Assembly (NCBI GenBank): GCA_937976335.1
Contig: CALJRW010000035.1
Coordinates: 308 to 64,307, forward strand
Reading direction: 5' to 3'
Length of the DNA: 64,000 nucleotides
DNA from: an uncultured bacterium
Lineage (GTDB): Bacteria > Bdellovibrionota_C > UBA2361 > CALJRW01
This document shows, piece after piece, positions 9,309 through 19,813 of the stretch. The notes beneath the pieces were generated by a model, which had not been told where the DNA came from, searched no databases, and worked only from the letters and a program-made list of their open reading frames with translations. Position numbers and translations under genes: made by a program. Within the stretch, counting starts at the first letter, position 1, and each line of letters opens with the position of its first letter.

Positions 9309-12300
9309 TTTGCTTTTTTTGACTTACTTAATATTTTTCCCCAAGGTGTTTTAGAGTTTTTAATTTTCTCTAAACTTCCTTTGTAAATAACTTGACCTCC
9401 GTTTTCTCCAGCTTCGGGACCAATTTCAATAATATAGTCAGAGTTAAAAATTAAATCCTTATCATGCTCAATTACAAAAATTGAGTTGCCTGAATTAATC
9501 AATTCTCTAAAGACCTTAATTAGTTTAAAAACATCTTCCTTATGAAGTCCCGTTGTTGGTTCATCTAGTATATACAAAGTGTGCCCCTTTCTTGAAGAAT
9601 TAAGTTCAGAAACTAACTTTATTCTTTGACTTTCTCCTCCAGAAAGAGTTGAAGAGGCTTGTCCTAGCCTTAAATAGCCTAATCCTAGGTCTACAGCTGT
9701 TTTTAGAGTTTGATATATTTTTCTGTGATTTGTGAATTTCTTGAGAGCTTGAGTAAAAGTTAAGTTTAAAGTATCACTAATGCTAACATCAAGAAATCTT
9801 ATTGAATTAGTTTCTTCAGTAAATCTTTGCCCTTGGCAAGTGCTACATGTCATAGAAGCATTTTCAAGAAGGCTCATTTCAAGCTTAATTTCTCCTCTTC
9901 CTTTACATTCAAGACATCTTCCATTTCCTGTATTAAATGAAAATTGAGAGCTTTGCCAACCAAGAGATTTTGCTTCTAATGTGCTAGCAAAAGCTTTTCT
10001 TATTTCTTGCCAAATACCTAAGTAGGATGCTGGATTAGATCTCGAATTTGATCCGATTGGTTTTTGATTAACAAAAATAGTTCTTTCTATATCTTTTGAA
10101 CTTGATATTTCTCCAAATTTATTTTTCCACTTTTTTTTGTTCTTACTTTCAATTAAATTGCTTCCTATAATACCATGCACTAAAGAGCTTTTTCCGGCAC
10201 CTGAGACGCCAGCAATGGTGACTAAGCAATTTAAAGGAATTTTTAAGTTTAGTTTAGAAATATTATTTTTATTTCCATTTTTTATATTTAATGTATGTTT
10301 TTCTTTAGAGGTAAGAATTTTAGGAATTAAGGGAATATCAACTTCATTTAAATGCTTTGCAGTAACAGTATTTCCTTTTTTTAAAAACTTTTCTAAGCTC
10401 CCATTGAAAAGTACTTCTCCGCCTTCTTCACCTCCATTTGGTCCAATGTCAATTATATGTTCACAAGCTTTAATTAAATTTTCATCATGTTCTATAATGT
10501 AAATTGTATTATTTTTATTTTTTAATTCTTTAATTTTATCAATAATTAGAGAGCTATCTTTTGGGTGAAGTCCTGCAGTTGGTTCATCAAAGATGTAATT
10601 AACTCCTGACAATGGTGAGCCAATAGCAGCAGCTAGCCTAAGTCTTTGGAGTTCACCATTTGATATTGAGCGACAGTCTCGATCGAGTTCTATATAATCC
10701 AAGCCTAAGTCTTTAAGTGTTTCAAGGCGTGAAAAAATTTCTAACAAAATAGGGCTAACAATTTCAATTCTAGATTTTGCTAATTTTACAGTTTTTAAAA
10801 ATTTATAAAGTTCAGATGAATTCATTTGAGTTAATTCAGCGATATTTTTATTAGCCAATTTAATTGAAAGAGCATAACTCTTAAGTCTTGTTCCATTACA
10901 TTCTGAACATGTATTGCCTGTCGTCGTTTCTCCAGATCCATGGCACTTAGAACAAGCGCCTCTTTTTGAATTAAAAGATAGTTCTTCAGGATCTGGTTTA
11001 AAATAGCCTTTTTTACATTTTGGACAAGATCTTTCAGTGCTATAAATTTCGTCTTTTTTATTTTTATGAATAATAATTTCAGAATTTGAGAAACTGAGAG
11101 CTAACTTAACAGCTTCTTCAATTAATGTGACGTCAGTTCTTTGAGGATTTAAATTAGCAATAACAAAATCAATAGTGTGAGCTTTATGCCTCTCTAAGCC
11201 GTCAGCAACAAAACTACTTTTTGTAAAACCACCATCAACTCTTATCTCGTTAATTTCCTTTCTTATTGCACTTCCAATAATATCTTTATGATATCCTTTT
11301 TTTTCTTTAACAATATTTGCAAGAATTTTAATATTGCTAGTTTTAAATTTAGAAATGATTTTAGCAATTTGTTTATGAGTTTGAGTTTCAATTTTAGTAC
11401 TATCATGAATTGGACAATATTGTTCTCCTCCTTTTGTTAACAACAGTCGTAGAAAATTATAAATCTCAGATAATGTACCAAGAGTAGATAGCTTTGAAGG
11501 TTGGAAAGTGTGTTGAGAAACGCAAATGCTAGGTTGAACGTTATCAATAGAATCAATTTCTGGTTTTTTTATATTTTTAACAAATGTTCGTGCATATGGA
11601 GATAAACAATCTAAATATCTTTTTTGACCTTCTGAAAAAATTATATCTTTTGCTAGAGTTGATTTTCCAGATCCTGAAACGCCCGTAAATCCCACAATTT
11701 TGTTAAGAGGTAAGTCGATATCAAAATTTTTAAGATTATTTTCTCGAGCTCCTTTTATAGTTAAAAATTTGCTTGAGTAAGACTTAGGTTTTTTACTAAC
11801 TTTAAAAGTTTTACTAGATTTTAAATATGAATTTAAATATTTTGCAGTTTCGGTTTTAGCATATTTTTTAATAAAATCTTTTGGTTTTCCTGTTCCAAGA
11901 AGTTTGCCTCCTTCATTGCCACCACCTGGACCTAAATTAATAATCCAATCACTCGAGGCAATAACTTGTAAATTATGTTCAACGCATAAAATACTGTGTC
12001 CTTGTTTTTTTAATTTTACAAAAATATTGATTAATTTTGAAATATCTTTAGGATGTAAGCCCGTTGTAGGTTCGTCAAAAATTATCAAAGACTCTGTGTA
12101 TTTATTTTTTGAAATTATAGGAGTTAATTTTAGTCTTTGAGCTTCACCTCCAGAAAGTTCACTTAATGAATGACCAATTCTTAAATGGCCAAGACCGAGT
12201 TCTTTAAGGACATTTAGGGGCTTAGTGATTTTTTGATCTTCTGCGAATAACTCTAAAACGTCATCAACACTAGTTTCTAGTAATTCAAAAACATTTTTCC

Positions 12301-14545
12301 CTTTTACTTTTACCTCTAATACAGTGTTTCCAAATCTTTTACCTCCACAAACATCGCAGTTAATATAAACATCACTTAAAAATTGTAAATCTTCTTTTAT
12401 AAATCCTGCACCATTACAAGCTTTACAACGTCCTGCATCGACATTAAAAGAAAACGAAGATTTATCAAGACCAAGTTCTTGAGCTTGAGTAGTTTCAGAA
12501 AATAGTTTTCTTACTTGATCCCAAGCTTTGGTATAAGTTGCAATATTACCTCTTGGATTTTTTGAAATTGGGGTTTGGTTAACTAAGAGGATGTTCTCAA
12601 ATTTTTCAATCCCACTAATACTATCAGAATATTTTTGTTTAATTATGACCTCTTCAATTAAGGTGCTTTTTCCGCTTCCAGAAACACCAGTAAGACAAAC
12701 AAATCTTTTTAAGGGGATATCAATGTTAAGATTTTTTAAATTTCTAATGTTAGCATTTTTTATTTTAATAAAATTATTCGGCTTAACTTCTTTTGTTTCA
12801 ATTAACTTTGGAAATAATTCACTTGCTCCTTTCCATTTATCAGGTTTACCAAGATAATTAATCTCACCACCTCTTGAACCTGATTCGGGTCCTAGCTCTA
12901 ATATCCAGTCAGCCTCTTTAATACAGTCTGGATCGTGCTCTACTAAAAGGATGCTATTATCCTTATCTTTTAATTTTTGTATTGATTTCATTAAGTTATC
13001 TGAGTCTTTTGGGTGCAATCCAACTGAGGGTTCATCCAGAACAAATTGTGTTGAAGTTAAGCCACTTCCTAAACTAGCAGCTAAATTTACTCTTTGAGTT
13101 TCACCTCCAGAGAGAGTTCTTGCTTGTCTATTTAAAGTTAAATAATTGAGTCCAAGATTTTGAATTATTTCAAGTCTTTCAAAAATTGCTTTAAAAGGAG
13201 ATTTAAGTTTTTTTGGTATTTTATTTTTTTTATCTTTATATATATCTTGGAGAAAGCTATTTAATGCAGTGATTTCCATATCCCAAGTATCAGAAATTTT
13301 CTTATTAGCAATTTTAAAAGCTAAACCTTCTTTCTTTAACCTTTGTCCTAAACAAATATCACATTCAAATTCAGATCTGTATTTAGAAATAAAAACTCTA
13401 ACATGCATTTTATAAGCTTTTCTCTCTAATTTTTTAAACCAAGGATAAACTCCAGTGAATTTTCTGGTACTTGAATGCAAAATTAACTCTTTTGAAGTTT
13501 TACTTAACTTACTCCAAGAACTATTCATGTCTATAGAGTTTTCTTCACAAAAAGCTTTTAATTTTCTCCTAAAAATGCTTTTTTTATTTCCTTCCCATGG
13601 ACTTATTACCCCATCTCTTAAACTAAGAGATGGATTTTTTATTATAAGTTCCAGATCGACTTCTAAAACTTTTCCAAAGCCTTTGCATTTAGCACAAGCC
13701 CCATAAGGGTGATTATATGAAAAGAGTGAAGCTTTAGGTTTTGAAAGTTTTTCTAAAGTTTGTTTTGAATCACAGGATTGGCATCTTAGATAATTATAAA
13801 AAGAGTGCTCAAAAATTTTACTATCCTTAATTTCAAATATTACAACTTTCCCTCCTGACATAGAAAAACATTTATTAATGGTATCAGATAAGTTTTTTTC
13901 TTGAATTTTTGAAGCATCCGATAAACGATCTAAAACTAAAAATATCTCTTTAGTTTTTGAAGGTACTATATCTTCGAGTGAGTTAATTTTATTTTCTTTT
14001 TTATCAAAGTAGCGACTAAAGCCAAGAACTAAATATCTTTCAAGTTCTTCTTTATTGGATTTAACAGGAGATGAAAAATAATATTTCGACTTACTATTTC
14101 TCTCTTTTTTTAACCAACTAACAATTTCAGTTGCGTTCCAGGATCTAAGCTCTGTGTCGCATTTTGGACAAAATGGTTTTGAAAGATTTGCCCATAAGAT
14201 TCTTAGATAATTGTTAACATTAGTCATAGAACCAACAGTTGAACGAGCATTTAAGATTCTAGTTTTTTGTTGAATTGCAATTGAAGGTTTAACGTTATCT
14301 AGATAGTCAGCTTTTGGTTTTTTAACTTTATCAAAAAATTGTCTCGTGTATGGGGAAAATGTTTCAATATAACGCCTCTGACCTTCAGCATATACAGTAT
14401 GAAAAGCAAAAGAAGTTTTTCCAGAGCCAGATAAGCCTGTTACTACAGTAAGTGAATTATGTGGTAACTCGACATCAATACTCTTTAGATTATTCTCATG
14501 AGCGTTTTTGATATATAAGTTGTCAGAATTTTTAGTGTTTTTCAT
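9305..14545 (-). CDS. uvrA: Excinuclease ABC subunit A, tandem-duplicated long form
   Basis: Four Walker A motifs (GLSGSGKT, GVSGSGKS twice, GVSGAGKS), LSGGE signatures and CxxC zinc modules; likely start MKNTK at 14545. Confidence 0.92.
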   Translation of the reverse strand: MKNTKNSDNLYIKNAHENNLKSIDVELPHNSLTVVTGLSGSGKTSFAFHTVYAEGQRRYIETFSPYTRQFFDKVKKPKADYLDNVKPSIAIQQKTRILNARSTVGSMTNVNNYLRILWANLSKPFCPKCDTELRSWNATEIVSWLKKERNSKSKYYFSSPVKSNKEELERYLVLGFSRYFDKKENKINSLEDIVPSKTKEIFLVLDRLSDASKIQEKNLSDTINKCFSMSGGKVVIFEIKDSKIFEHSFYNYLRCQSCDSKQTLEKLSKPKASLFSYNHPYGACAKCKGFGKVLEVDLELIIKNPSLSLRDGVISPWEGNKKSIFRRKLKAFCEENSIDMNSSWSKLSKTSKELILHSSTRKFTGVYPWFKKLERKAYKMHVRVFISKYRSEFECDICLGQRLKKEGLAFKIANKKISDTWDMEITALNSFLQDIYKDKKNKIPKKLKSPFKAIFERLEIIQNLGLNYLTLNRQARTLSGGETQRVNLAASLGSGLTSTQFVLDEPSVGLHPKDSDNLMKSIQKLKDKDNSILLVEHDPDCIKEADWILELGPESGSRGGEINYLGKPDKWKGASELFPKLIETKEVKPNNFIKIKNANIRNLKNLNIDIPLKRFVCLTGVSGSGKSTLIEEVIIKQKYSDSISGIEKFENILLVNQTPISKNPRGNIATYTKAWDQVRKLFSETTQAQELGLDKSSFSFNVDAGRCKACNGAGFIKEDLQFLSDVYINCDVCGGKRFGNTVLEVKVKGKNVFELLETSVDDVLELFAEDQKITKPLNVLKELGLGHLRIGHSLSELSGGEAQRLKLTPIISKNKYTESLIIFDEPTTGLHPKDISKLINIFVKLKKQGHSILCVEHNLQVIASSDWIINLGPGGGNEGGKLLGTGKPKDFIKKYAKTETAKYLNSYLKSSKTFKVSKKPKSYSSKFLTIKGARENNLKNFDIDLPLNKIVGFTGVSGSGKSTLAKDIIFSEGQKRYLDCLSPYARTFVKNIKKPEIDSIDNVQPSICVSQHTFQPSKLSTLGTLSEIYNFLRLLLTKGGEQYCPIHDSTKIETQTHKQIAKIISKFKTSNIKILANIVKEKKGYHKDIIGSAIRKEINEIRVDGGFTKSSFVADGLERHKAHTIDFVIANLNPQRTDVTLIEEAVKLALSFSNSEIIIHKNKKDEIYSTERSCPKCKKGYFKPDPEELSFNSKRGACSKCHGSGETTTGNTCSECNGTRLKSYALSIKLANKNIAELTQMNSSELYKFLKTVKLAKSRIEIVSPILLEIFSRLETLKDLGLDYIELDRDCRSISNGELQRLRLAAAIGSPLSGVNYIFDEPTAGLHPKDSSLIIDKIKELKNKNNTIYIIEHDENLIKACEHIIDIGPNGGEEGGEVLFNGSLEKFLKKGNTVTAKHLNEVDIPLIPKILTSKEKHTLNIKNGNKNNISKLNLKIPLNCLVTIAGVSGAGKSSLVHGIIGSNLIESKNKKKWKNKFGEISSSKDIERTIFVNQKPIGSNSRSNPASYLGIWQEIRKAFASTLEAKSLGWQSSQFSFNTGNGRCLECKGRGEIKLEMSLLENASMTCSTCQGQRFTEETNSIRFLDVSISDTLNLTFTQALKKFTNHRKIYQTLKTAVDLGLGYLRLGQASSTLSGGESQRIKLVSELNSSRKGHTLYILDEPTTGLHKEDVFKLIKVFRELINSGNSIFVIEHDKDLIFNSDYIIEIGPEAGENGGQVIYKGSLEKIKNSKTPWGKILSKSKKAK

Positions 14546-14574
14546 ACGTCCTAGATATGGGTACAATAGCAAAT

Positions 14575-15711
14575 ATGATCAAAAGAACCAAAGAACTTGT
14601 TTGCATACTATTTATGCTTTTACTTAGCACTAATTACGTATTTGCAGATTCAGGGTTATGTAATATTGCTACTCAAGCCATAAGTGATGCAAGTAAAATA
14701 AGGGGCTTAAATCAAAAACAAAAAGTCCCTTGTTATGTTCAAGATAAAAAAGAAATTAAAAAATATATACTCAAAACAGTAGACGAAGAAATTCCTCCTG
14801 AAAAGCTAAGAAATGAAGGAGTGGTATATAAAAAAATTGGAATTCTTCCAAAAGATTTTGATTACGAAAATGGTTTAATCAATGCATATACAAGTCAAAT
14901 TGGAGGATACTACGATCCTAAAAAAAATCATTATGTAATGGCTAAGTGGATTCCTCAGTTTATGCAAACTCCTGTTGCTGTACACGAACTAACACATGCT
15001 CTTCAAGATCAACATTATAACTTAGCTGAATTTACAAAAATGAAAGATCATACAAGTGATGAACTTCTTGCAAGATCAGCTCTTATAGAAGGCGATGCAA
15101 CTGCAGTCATGATGGATTACACAAATAAATTAATTTCAGCCCCAAACCTTGCAAAGCAAAAAGATGTTAATAGTATAATCATGCAAAACGTTTTAGGGGC
15201 TAGTATGACAGCGTCTGCAAATGGAGTGCCTCAAAGTTTAATTTCAATAATGATTTTTCCATATACTAGTGGTTTAAGATTTGCTCATGAGTTACTTAAA
15301 AAAGGAAGTTATCAACTAATAGATGAAACTTTTAAAAAACCGCCTAAAACTACAGCTGAAATTTTGCATCCTGAAAAACTTTACAATGAATATGGCAAGC
15401 TAAATGATATAGATATTTTAACTTTGATAGGTAAGAAGAATTCCAAAGTAGAATATTCAGATGTTTTAGGAGAGTTTTTAATCTCACTTATGCTTGAAAC
15501 TTTAAATCCAGGGGATAGCAAGAACTCAATTGCTGCAGAGGGTTGGAAAGCGGATCGTATAATTTTAATTGACGGAAAGGTATATTGGTTAATTCAGTTT
15601 GAGGATTTGAAAAATAAAGATGAGTTTTTGAGTTTAGTTAAAAGAATTGACAAATTTGAAGGCAATATTCAGAAAATAGAGAATGAACTTAATTTGCTTA
15701 TTACATATTAG
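14575..15711 (+). CDS. Exported zinc metallopeptidase (gluzincin-like)
   Basis: Signal peptide, AVHELTHALQDQ (HExxH) and downstream LIEGDA; start chosen to avoid overlap with uvrA. Confidence 0.65.
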   Translation: MIKRTKELVCILFMLLLSTNYVFADSGLCNIATQAISDASKIRGLNQKQKVPCYVQDKKEIKKYILKTVDEEIPPEKLRNEGVVYKKIGILPKDFDYENGLINAYTSQIGGYYDPKKNHYVMAKWIPQFMQTPVAVHELTHALQDQHYNLAEFTKMKDHTSDELLARSALIEGDATAVMMDYTNKLISAPNLAKQKDVNSIIMQNVLGASMTASANGVPQSLISIMIFPYTSGLRFAHELLKKGSYQLIDETFKKPPKTTAEILHPEKLYNEYGKLNDIDILTLIGKKNSKVEYSDVLGEFLISLMLETLNPGDSKNSIAAEGWKADRIILIDGKVYWLIQFEDLKNKDEFLSLVKRIDKFEGNIQKIENELNLLITY

Positions 15712-15762
15712 TTTTTGGACTTTCTATATATGCCTCTAGTTTAACTCTATTTAGTAAGTTTA

Positions 15763-16944
15763 TTATTTTTTAAAAAGCTCTTCCAATCCTTCCCGCCAAG
15801 GCATCACTCTAATCCCATCATCCGTTACCCTAGATTTTTTTTCATTACAAATTATCCATTTTTCCTGATGCTTTATATCTTTAGAAAGTGATTTTAGATG
15901 ATTCATATGTTTAGATAAAATTTCACTTGTCGATTTTATTTCAATTAGAATTTTTTTATTTCCTGGTTTTTTTACTATTAAATCAATTTCTGCACCATCT
16001 TTAGTTCTTATATAGTAAAATCTGTAGTCGCATTCGTAATAATCATTTAGTTTAATGCATTCACATAGAATAAACTGTTCAAACAAGTTTCCGTATTCAC
16101 TTGATCCAGGACGTAGTTCTAAGCTACTTGTCTGGCTTAAGTAACGTTGAATACCTGTATCAAAGAGATAAAATTTTGGACTTTTACTTTGTCGAGCCCT
16201 GACTGATTCGTCATAAGGTTCGAGATAAAATCCTACTAAAGTATCAATCAAAATTTCAAAATAGCGAGCTATTGTTTTATCATCTACTCCAGTTTGTTTA
16301 GATAAATTACTATAATTAACTATTTCACCGTTTATTTGAGAAGTGAGATCTAAAAATTCACGAAAAGAAACAATATTTCGAACAAGCTGTTCTAGTTGAA
16401 TCTCTTGTTTCAAATATGTTTGAGTGTAAGTCCTTAAGAAGCGTTGCTTATCTTTTTGATCTTGAAAGTCAAAAACTTTAGGTAAGGAGCCCCAAGTAAG
16501 TAAGGGTAGAAGATCGAAATTTTCAGGAAGCTCAAGAAAACTTATAGGATGTAAATTAAATGAAAATGCTCTTCCAGCTAATAAATTTGCACCTCCATGT
16601 TTTAATTTTCTTGCACTAGATCCAGTAATAATAAATTGAATGTGCTTATGTTTATAAATTAGAGCGTGAATGACATCTAAAAGAGCAGGAACTTTCTGAA
16701 TCTCATCAATAATTACTTTTTTAAGTACCTTAGCTTTGTCATTTACAATTTGTTTGAGTTTTTCTGGGCTTCTTGAATAAATTTCTTCGTCATCTAAGTC
16801 TAGTAAGTTTATGAATAAAGTATCTTCAGGGGGCTTAGGTTCTAGCTTGTAGTGACTATCAAGTAAGGTAGTTTTACCAGTACCTCTTGCTCCAAAGAGA
16901 AAAAAACTTTGTGATTTTGGTGGTTTAAATAATCTATCGAACAT
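15763..16944 (-). CDS. AAA+ ATPase with DUF4143 (AAA_14 family)
   Basis: GARGTGKT, IIDEIQK, TGSSA, LAGRA, KFYLFDTG and C-terminal EID...IEIKS; likely start MFDRLF at 16944. Confidence 0.85.
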   Translation of the reverse strand: MFDRLFKPPKSQSFFLFGARGTGKTTLLDSHYKLEPKPPEDTLFINLLDLDDEEIYSRSPEKLKQIVNDKAKVLKKVIIDEIQKVPALLDVIHALIYKHKHIQFIITGSSARKLKHGGANLLAGRAFSFNLHPISFLELPENFDLLPLLTWGSLPKVFDFQDQKDKQRFLRTYTQTYLKQEIQLEQLVRNIVSFREFLDLTSQINGEIVNYSNLSKQTGVDDKTIARYFEILIDTLVGFYLEPYDESVRARQSKSPKFYLFDTGIQRYLSQTSSLELRPGSSEYGNLFEQFILCECIKLNDYYECDYRFYYIRTKDGAEIDLIVKKPGNKKILIEIKSTSEILSKHMNHLKSLSKDIKHQEKWIICNEKKSRVTDDGIRVMPWREGLEELFKK

Positions 16945-17008
16945 ACTCCGAAATTGTACGACATTTTCGGAGCTGTGTCTATGATTATTTTTAGGGCTTT
17001 GAAATTGG

Positions 17009-17893
17009 TTAATTAAAAATTTTAGCCAAATAAGCAGCAAAATCCTTATCCTGAAACTCATACCCAGCATCAAGCAATTTTTTAGGAATCACTCTTAAAT
17101 CTTTTAGAGCTGTTTCTCTGCCAAATTCACCAAAAACTAATTTTACTATAAAAGCAGGAACAGGAAAAATTGTTAGACGTTTAAGAGCTTTACCCAATTT
17201 TTTTGTGAATTGAGAATTTGTAATAGGATTTGGAGCAGTAAAATTAATTGCTCCTTTAAGTTTAGAATTTAAAACAAACTTAAAAGCATTTGCAATATCA
17301 TTAATAGAAATCCAGCTTATTACTTGCTTTCCGTTCCCTATTTTTCCACCAAGTCCTAATTTAAAAATGGGATAAACATACTTAAGCATTCCTCCTTCTT
17401 TACCCATTACAACGCCAATTCTTGCGTGTGTAACTCTTAGCCCTGCTTGAATTAGCGGCTCTGCTTCTGCTTCCCAAGCTATGCATGTCTTAGCTAAAAA
17501 ATCTCTTCCTTCAGAAGTTTCTTCTGTAATCTCTTCCTGACTTTTATCTCCGTAAATTCCAATAGCAGATGCAGATATAAAAATTTTAGGTTTTTTATCT
17601 AATTTAAGAATTTCATTTACTAAAAGTTTAGTTCCATTAACTCTACTATTAAAAATTTTTTCTTTTTTCGTTTTAGTCCATCTAAGAGCTGTTACAGTTT
17701 CTCCTGCTAAGTGAATAACTGCATCAATGTTGTTAAATGCTCTTTGATCAATCTCTTGTGTGCTTGGATTCCAATAGTAAAAACCTTTTCTTTTAGATCT
17801 GCTTAGTTTTACTATCTCATTATTTTCTGCTTCTAAGCTTTTGCAGAGTTCTTTGCCTATGAATCCAGATGCGCCGGTTATTAGAATTTTCAT
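17009..17893 (-). CDS. TIGR01777 family (YfcH-like) NAD-dependent epimerase/oxidoreductase
   Basis: TGASGFIG, HLAGE, SRVNGT, SASAIGIYG and LGG.IG.G.Q..SWI. Confidence 0.88.
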   Translation of the reverse strand: MKILITGASGFIGKELCKSLEAENNEIVKLSRSKRKGFYYWNPSTQEIDQRAFNNIDAVIHLAGETVTALRWTKTKKEKIFNSRVNGTKLLVNEILKLDKKPKIFISASAIGIYGDKSQEEITEETSEGRDFLAKTCIAWEAEAEPLIQAGLRVTHARIGVVMGKEGGMLKYVYPIFKLGLGGKIGNGKQVISWISINDIANAFKFVLNSKLKGAINFTAPNPITNSQFTKKLGKALKRLTIFPVPAFIVKLVFGEFGRETALKDLRVIPKKLLDAGYEFQDKDFAAYLAKIFN

Positions 17894-17968
17894 ATCTTTC
17901 TGTTTAAACTAAAAAAAATCCAGAAACTCCACATCTCCTAATCTCTGCGTCACTATGCAACTAAACAC

Positions 17969-18400
17969 TTACTCAGATAGCTCTTTAGCAATACTACTAG
18001 CTAATTTACCATCATATTGCCCAGAATATTTACTTTTAAGCTCTTTCATTATTAATCCCATATTACAATTAGGATTAGAGTTTACTATTTCACTAATAAT
18101 TTCTCTAAGCTTTTCTTCCGAAAGTTCTTCAGGAAGAAAAACATTTAAAATAGAAATTTCTTCTTCAAGTTTAGCTTTTTCTTCATCTCTTCCAGCTTTA
18201 ACTTCAAATTCAATAGATTCTAATCTTTTTTTCTTTTCGTTTTTAATAATTGCAATAACAGCTTGTTCTGGTAAGTCTTCAGTTTTTTTCTGCATTTCTT
18301 CATATTGAACAGCTGACATTATCGCGCGAATTGTAGCCGCTTTTAATTTGTTTTTTTCTTTTAAAGAATTTACAAGTTCTGCTTTTAATTTTTTTTTCAT
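17969..18400 (-). CDS. GatB/YqeY domain protein
   Basis: KKRLESIE...AGR, FLPEELSEE, MGLIMKEL and DGK pattern. Confidence 0.85.
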   Translation of the reverse strand: MKKKLKAELVNSLKEKNKLKAATIRAIMSAVQYEEMQKKTEDLPEQAVIAIIKNEKKKRLESIEFEVKAGRDEEKAKLEEEISILNVFLPEELSEEKLREIISEIVNSNPNCNMGLIMKELKSKYSGQYDGKLASSIAKELSE

Positions 18401-18409
18401 TATTTTCCT

Positions 18410-18823
18410 CTATTTCTTCCCTAAATTTTTCTCAACAAATTTTTCTAATTTTTGTGTTGTTTCAACACTTATTAAATGTTCTGTTTTACAAGCATCAACC
18501 TCAGCTTGGTGTTTGTTAACTTTAAGAATATCAATTAAAAAAGTTTCTAAGACTTTTTTTCTTCTAAGAACTAACTTCGCAAGTTTTTGGCCTTCTTCAG
18601 AAAGTGATAAAAATTTATTTTCATCTTCAACTATAAGGCCTTTTAATTTTAAACTTTTAAGATTTGTCGAAGCGCTTCCGGTAGTTATCTTTAATTCCTT
18701 AGCAACATCACTTACTCGAGCATAACCCCGTGCATTCTTTAAATCGAGCACTGCCATTAAATGATGTGCTGCACTATGGGTTAAACTATTTTCTTCAAAT
18801 TCTTTCCAAACTTTATCTGCCAT
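18410..18823 (-). CDS. DtxR/MntR family metal-dependent regulator
   Basis: ARVSDVAKELKI HTH and DACKTEH metal-site helix; short form without a FeoA domain. Confidence 0.85.
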   Translation of the reverse strand: MADKVWKEFEENSLTHSAAHHLMAVLDLKNARGYARVSDVAKELKITTGSASTNLKSLKLKGLIVEDENKFLSLSEEGQKLAKLVLRRKKVLETFLIDILKVNKHQAEVDACKTEHLISVETTQKLEKFVEKNLGKK

Positions 18824-18912
18824 AAGCTAAGTCCTTATTACCTAAAAATACCTCTCCTTGTTATACCCTAAGAAGTGATTGTAGTAATATAATAGTATTT
18901 ATCAACCTGAAA

Positions 18913-18936
18913 ATCTGTTTAGTAGCTCTAACAGAT
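18913..18936. promoter_or_regulatory. Inverted repeat in the divergent mntR / sco-cox intergenic region
   Basis: ATCTGTT-N10-AACAGAT with an inner TTAG-N5-CTAA. Confidence 0.4.
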
Positions 18937-19016
18937 GTATAGTTAGAAAAAACATCAATATTATAAGAATGTTACCATATTTCTTTGTTTACAATAAATT
19001 TGCTAAGGTCTAATTC

Positions 19017-19793
19017 GTGAAGAGAATCTTATTTGTATTTTTAATCTTTTTCCCAGTGACTTTGTTATCTGTTGAAAAGCCTCAAGATGAACTAATAACT
19101 GTTGGAATTACTACAGTTTTAGGAACAAAAATTTCTAGTGAGCTTATATTTACTAATTCTAATGGTAAAGAAATAGCACTGCAAGAACTTCTAAATGATC
19201 AAAAACCTTTAATAATTGTACCTGCTTACTATAATTGTCCCAGATTATGTGGTTTAGTCATGGATGGGGTGGCTGATTTGATAAGCGAAGTAGATCTTGA
19301 GCTTGGAAAAGATTACCGAGTTGCTACAGTTAGCTTTAGCCCTGAGGAAGAATTCGATCTGGCTAAAGCAAAGAAGGCATTTTTTAAGCGAAAATTACCA
19401 AAACAAAATATATCTGGCTGGAATTTCTTAGTGGGTAAAGAAGGCAATATATCTAAGCTTATGAACCAGTTAGGCTTTAAATTTAAGAAAGATGGGAAGG
19501 ATTTTTCTCATAGCGCGGCTATATTTTTAATATCACCTAATGCTAAGCTTTCGCAGTATTTTACGGGTATTCAATTTTCTCCTTGGGATTTAAAATTAGC
19601 TTTAATTGAGGCTTCTCAGGGTGGTATTGGTTCGTTAATAGATCAGGTAGTGTTGTATTGTTATCGCTTCGATCCAACAAAAGGAAAATATACACCCTTT
19701 GCTTTTAATATAATGCGCTTAGGTGGAACAATTACCCTTTTATTTTTGGGTGGTTTAATAATACAACTTATGAGAAGAGATAAAAAAAGATAA
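19017..19793 (+). CDS. SCO family copper chaperone
   Basis: YYNCPRLC (CxxxC), conserved His in FSHSAA and a C-terminal TM; first gene of the cox operon. Confidence 0.88.
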   Translation: MKRILFVFLIFFPVTLLSVEKPQDELITVGITTVLGTKISSELIFTNSNGKEIALQELLNDQKPLIIVPAYYNCPRLCGLVMDGVADLISEVDLELGKDYRVATVSFSPEEEFDLAKAKKAFFKRKLPKQNISGWNFLVGKEGNISKLMNQLGFKFKKDGKDFSHSAAIFLISPNAKLSQYFTGIQFSPWDLKLALIEASQGGIGSLIDQVVLYCYRFDPTKGKYTPFAFNIMRLGGTITLLFLGGLIIQLMRRDKKR

Positions 19794-19813
19794 AATTTTG
19801 AATAAAGGATTCA

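Noticed and set aside
14546-14574. LexA box upstream of uvrA
   Set aside because: No palindrome matching a LexA motif I know in the short intergenic gap.
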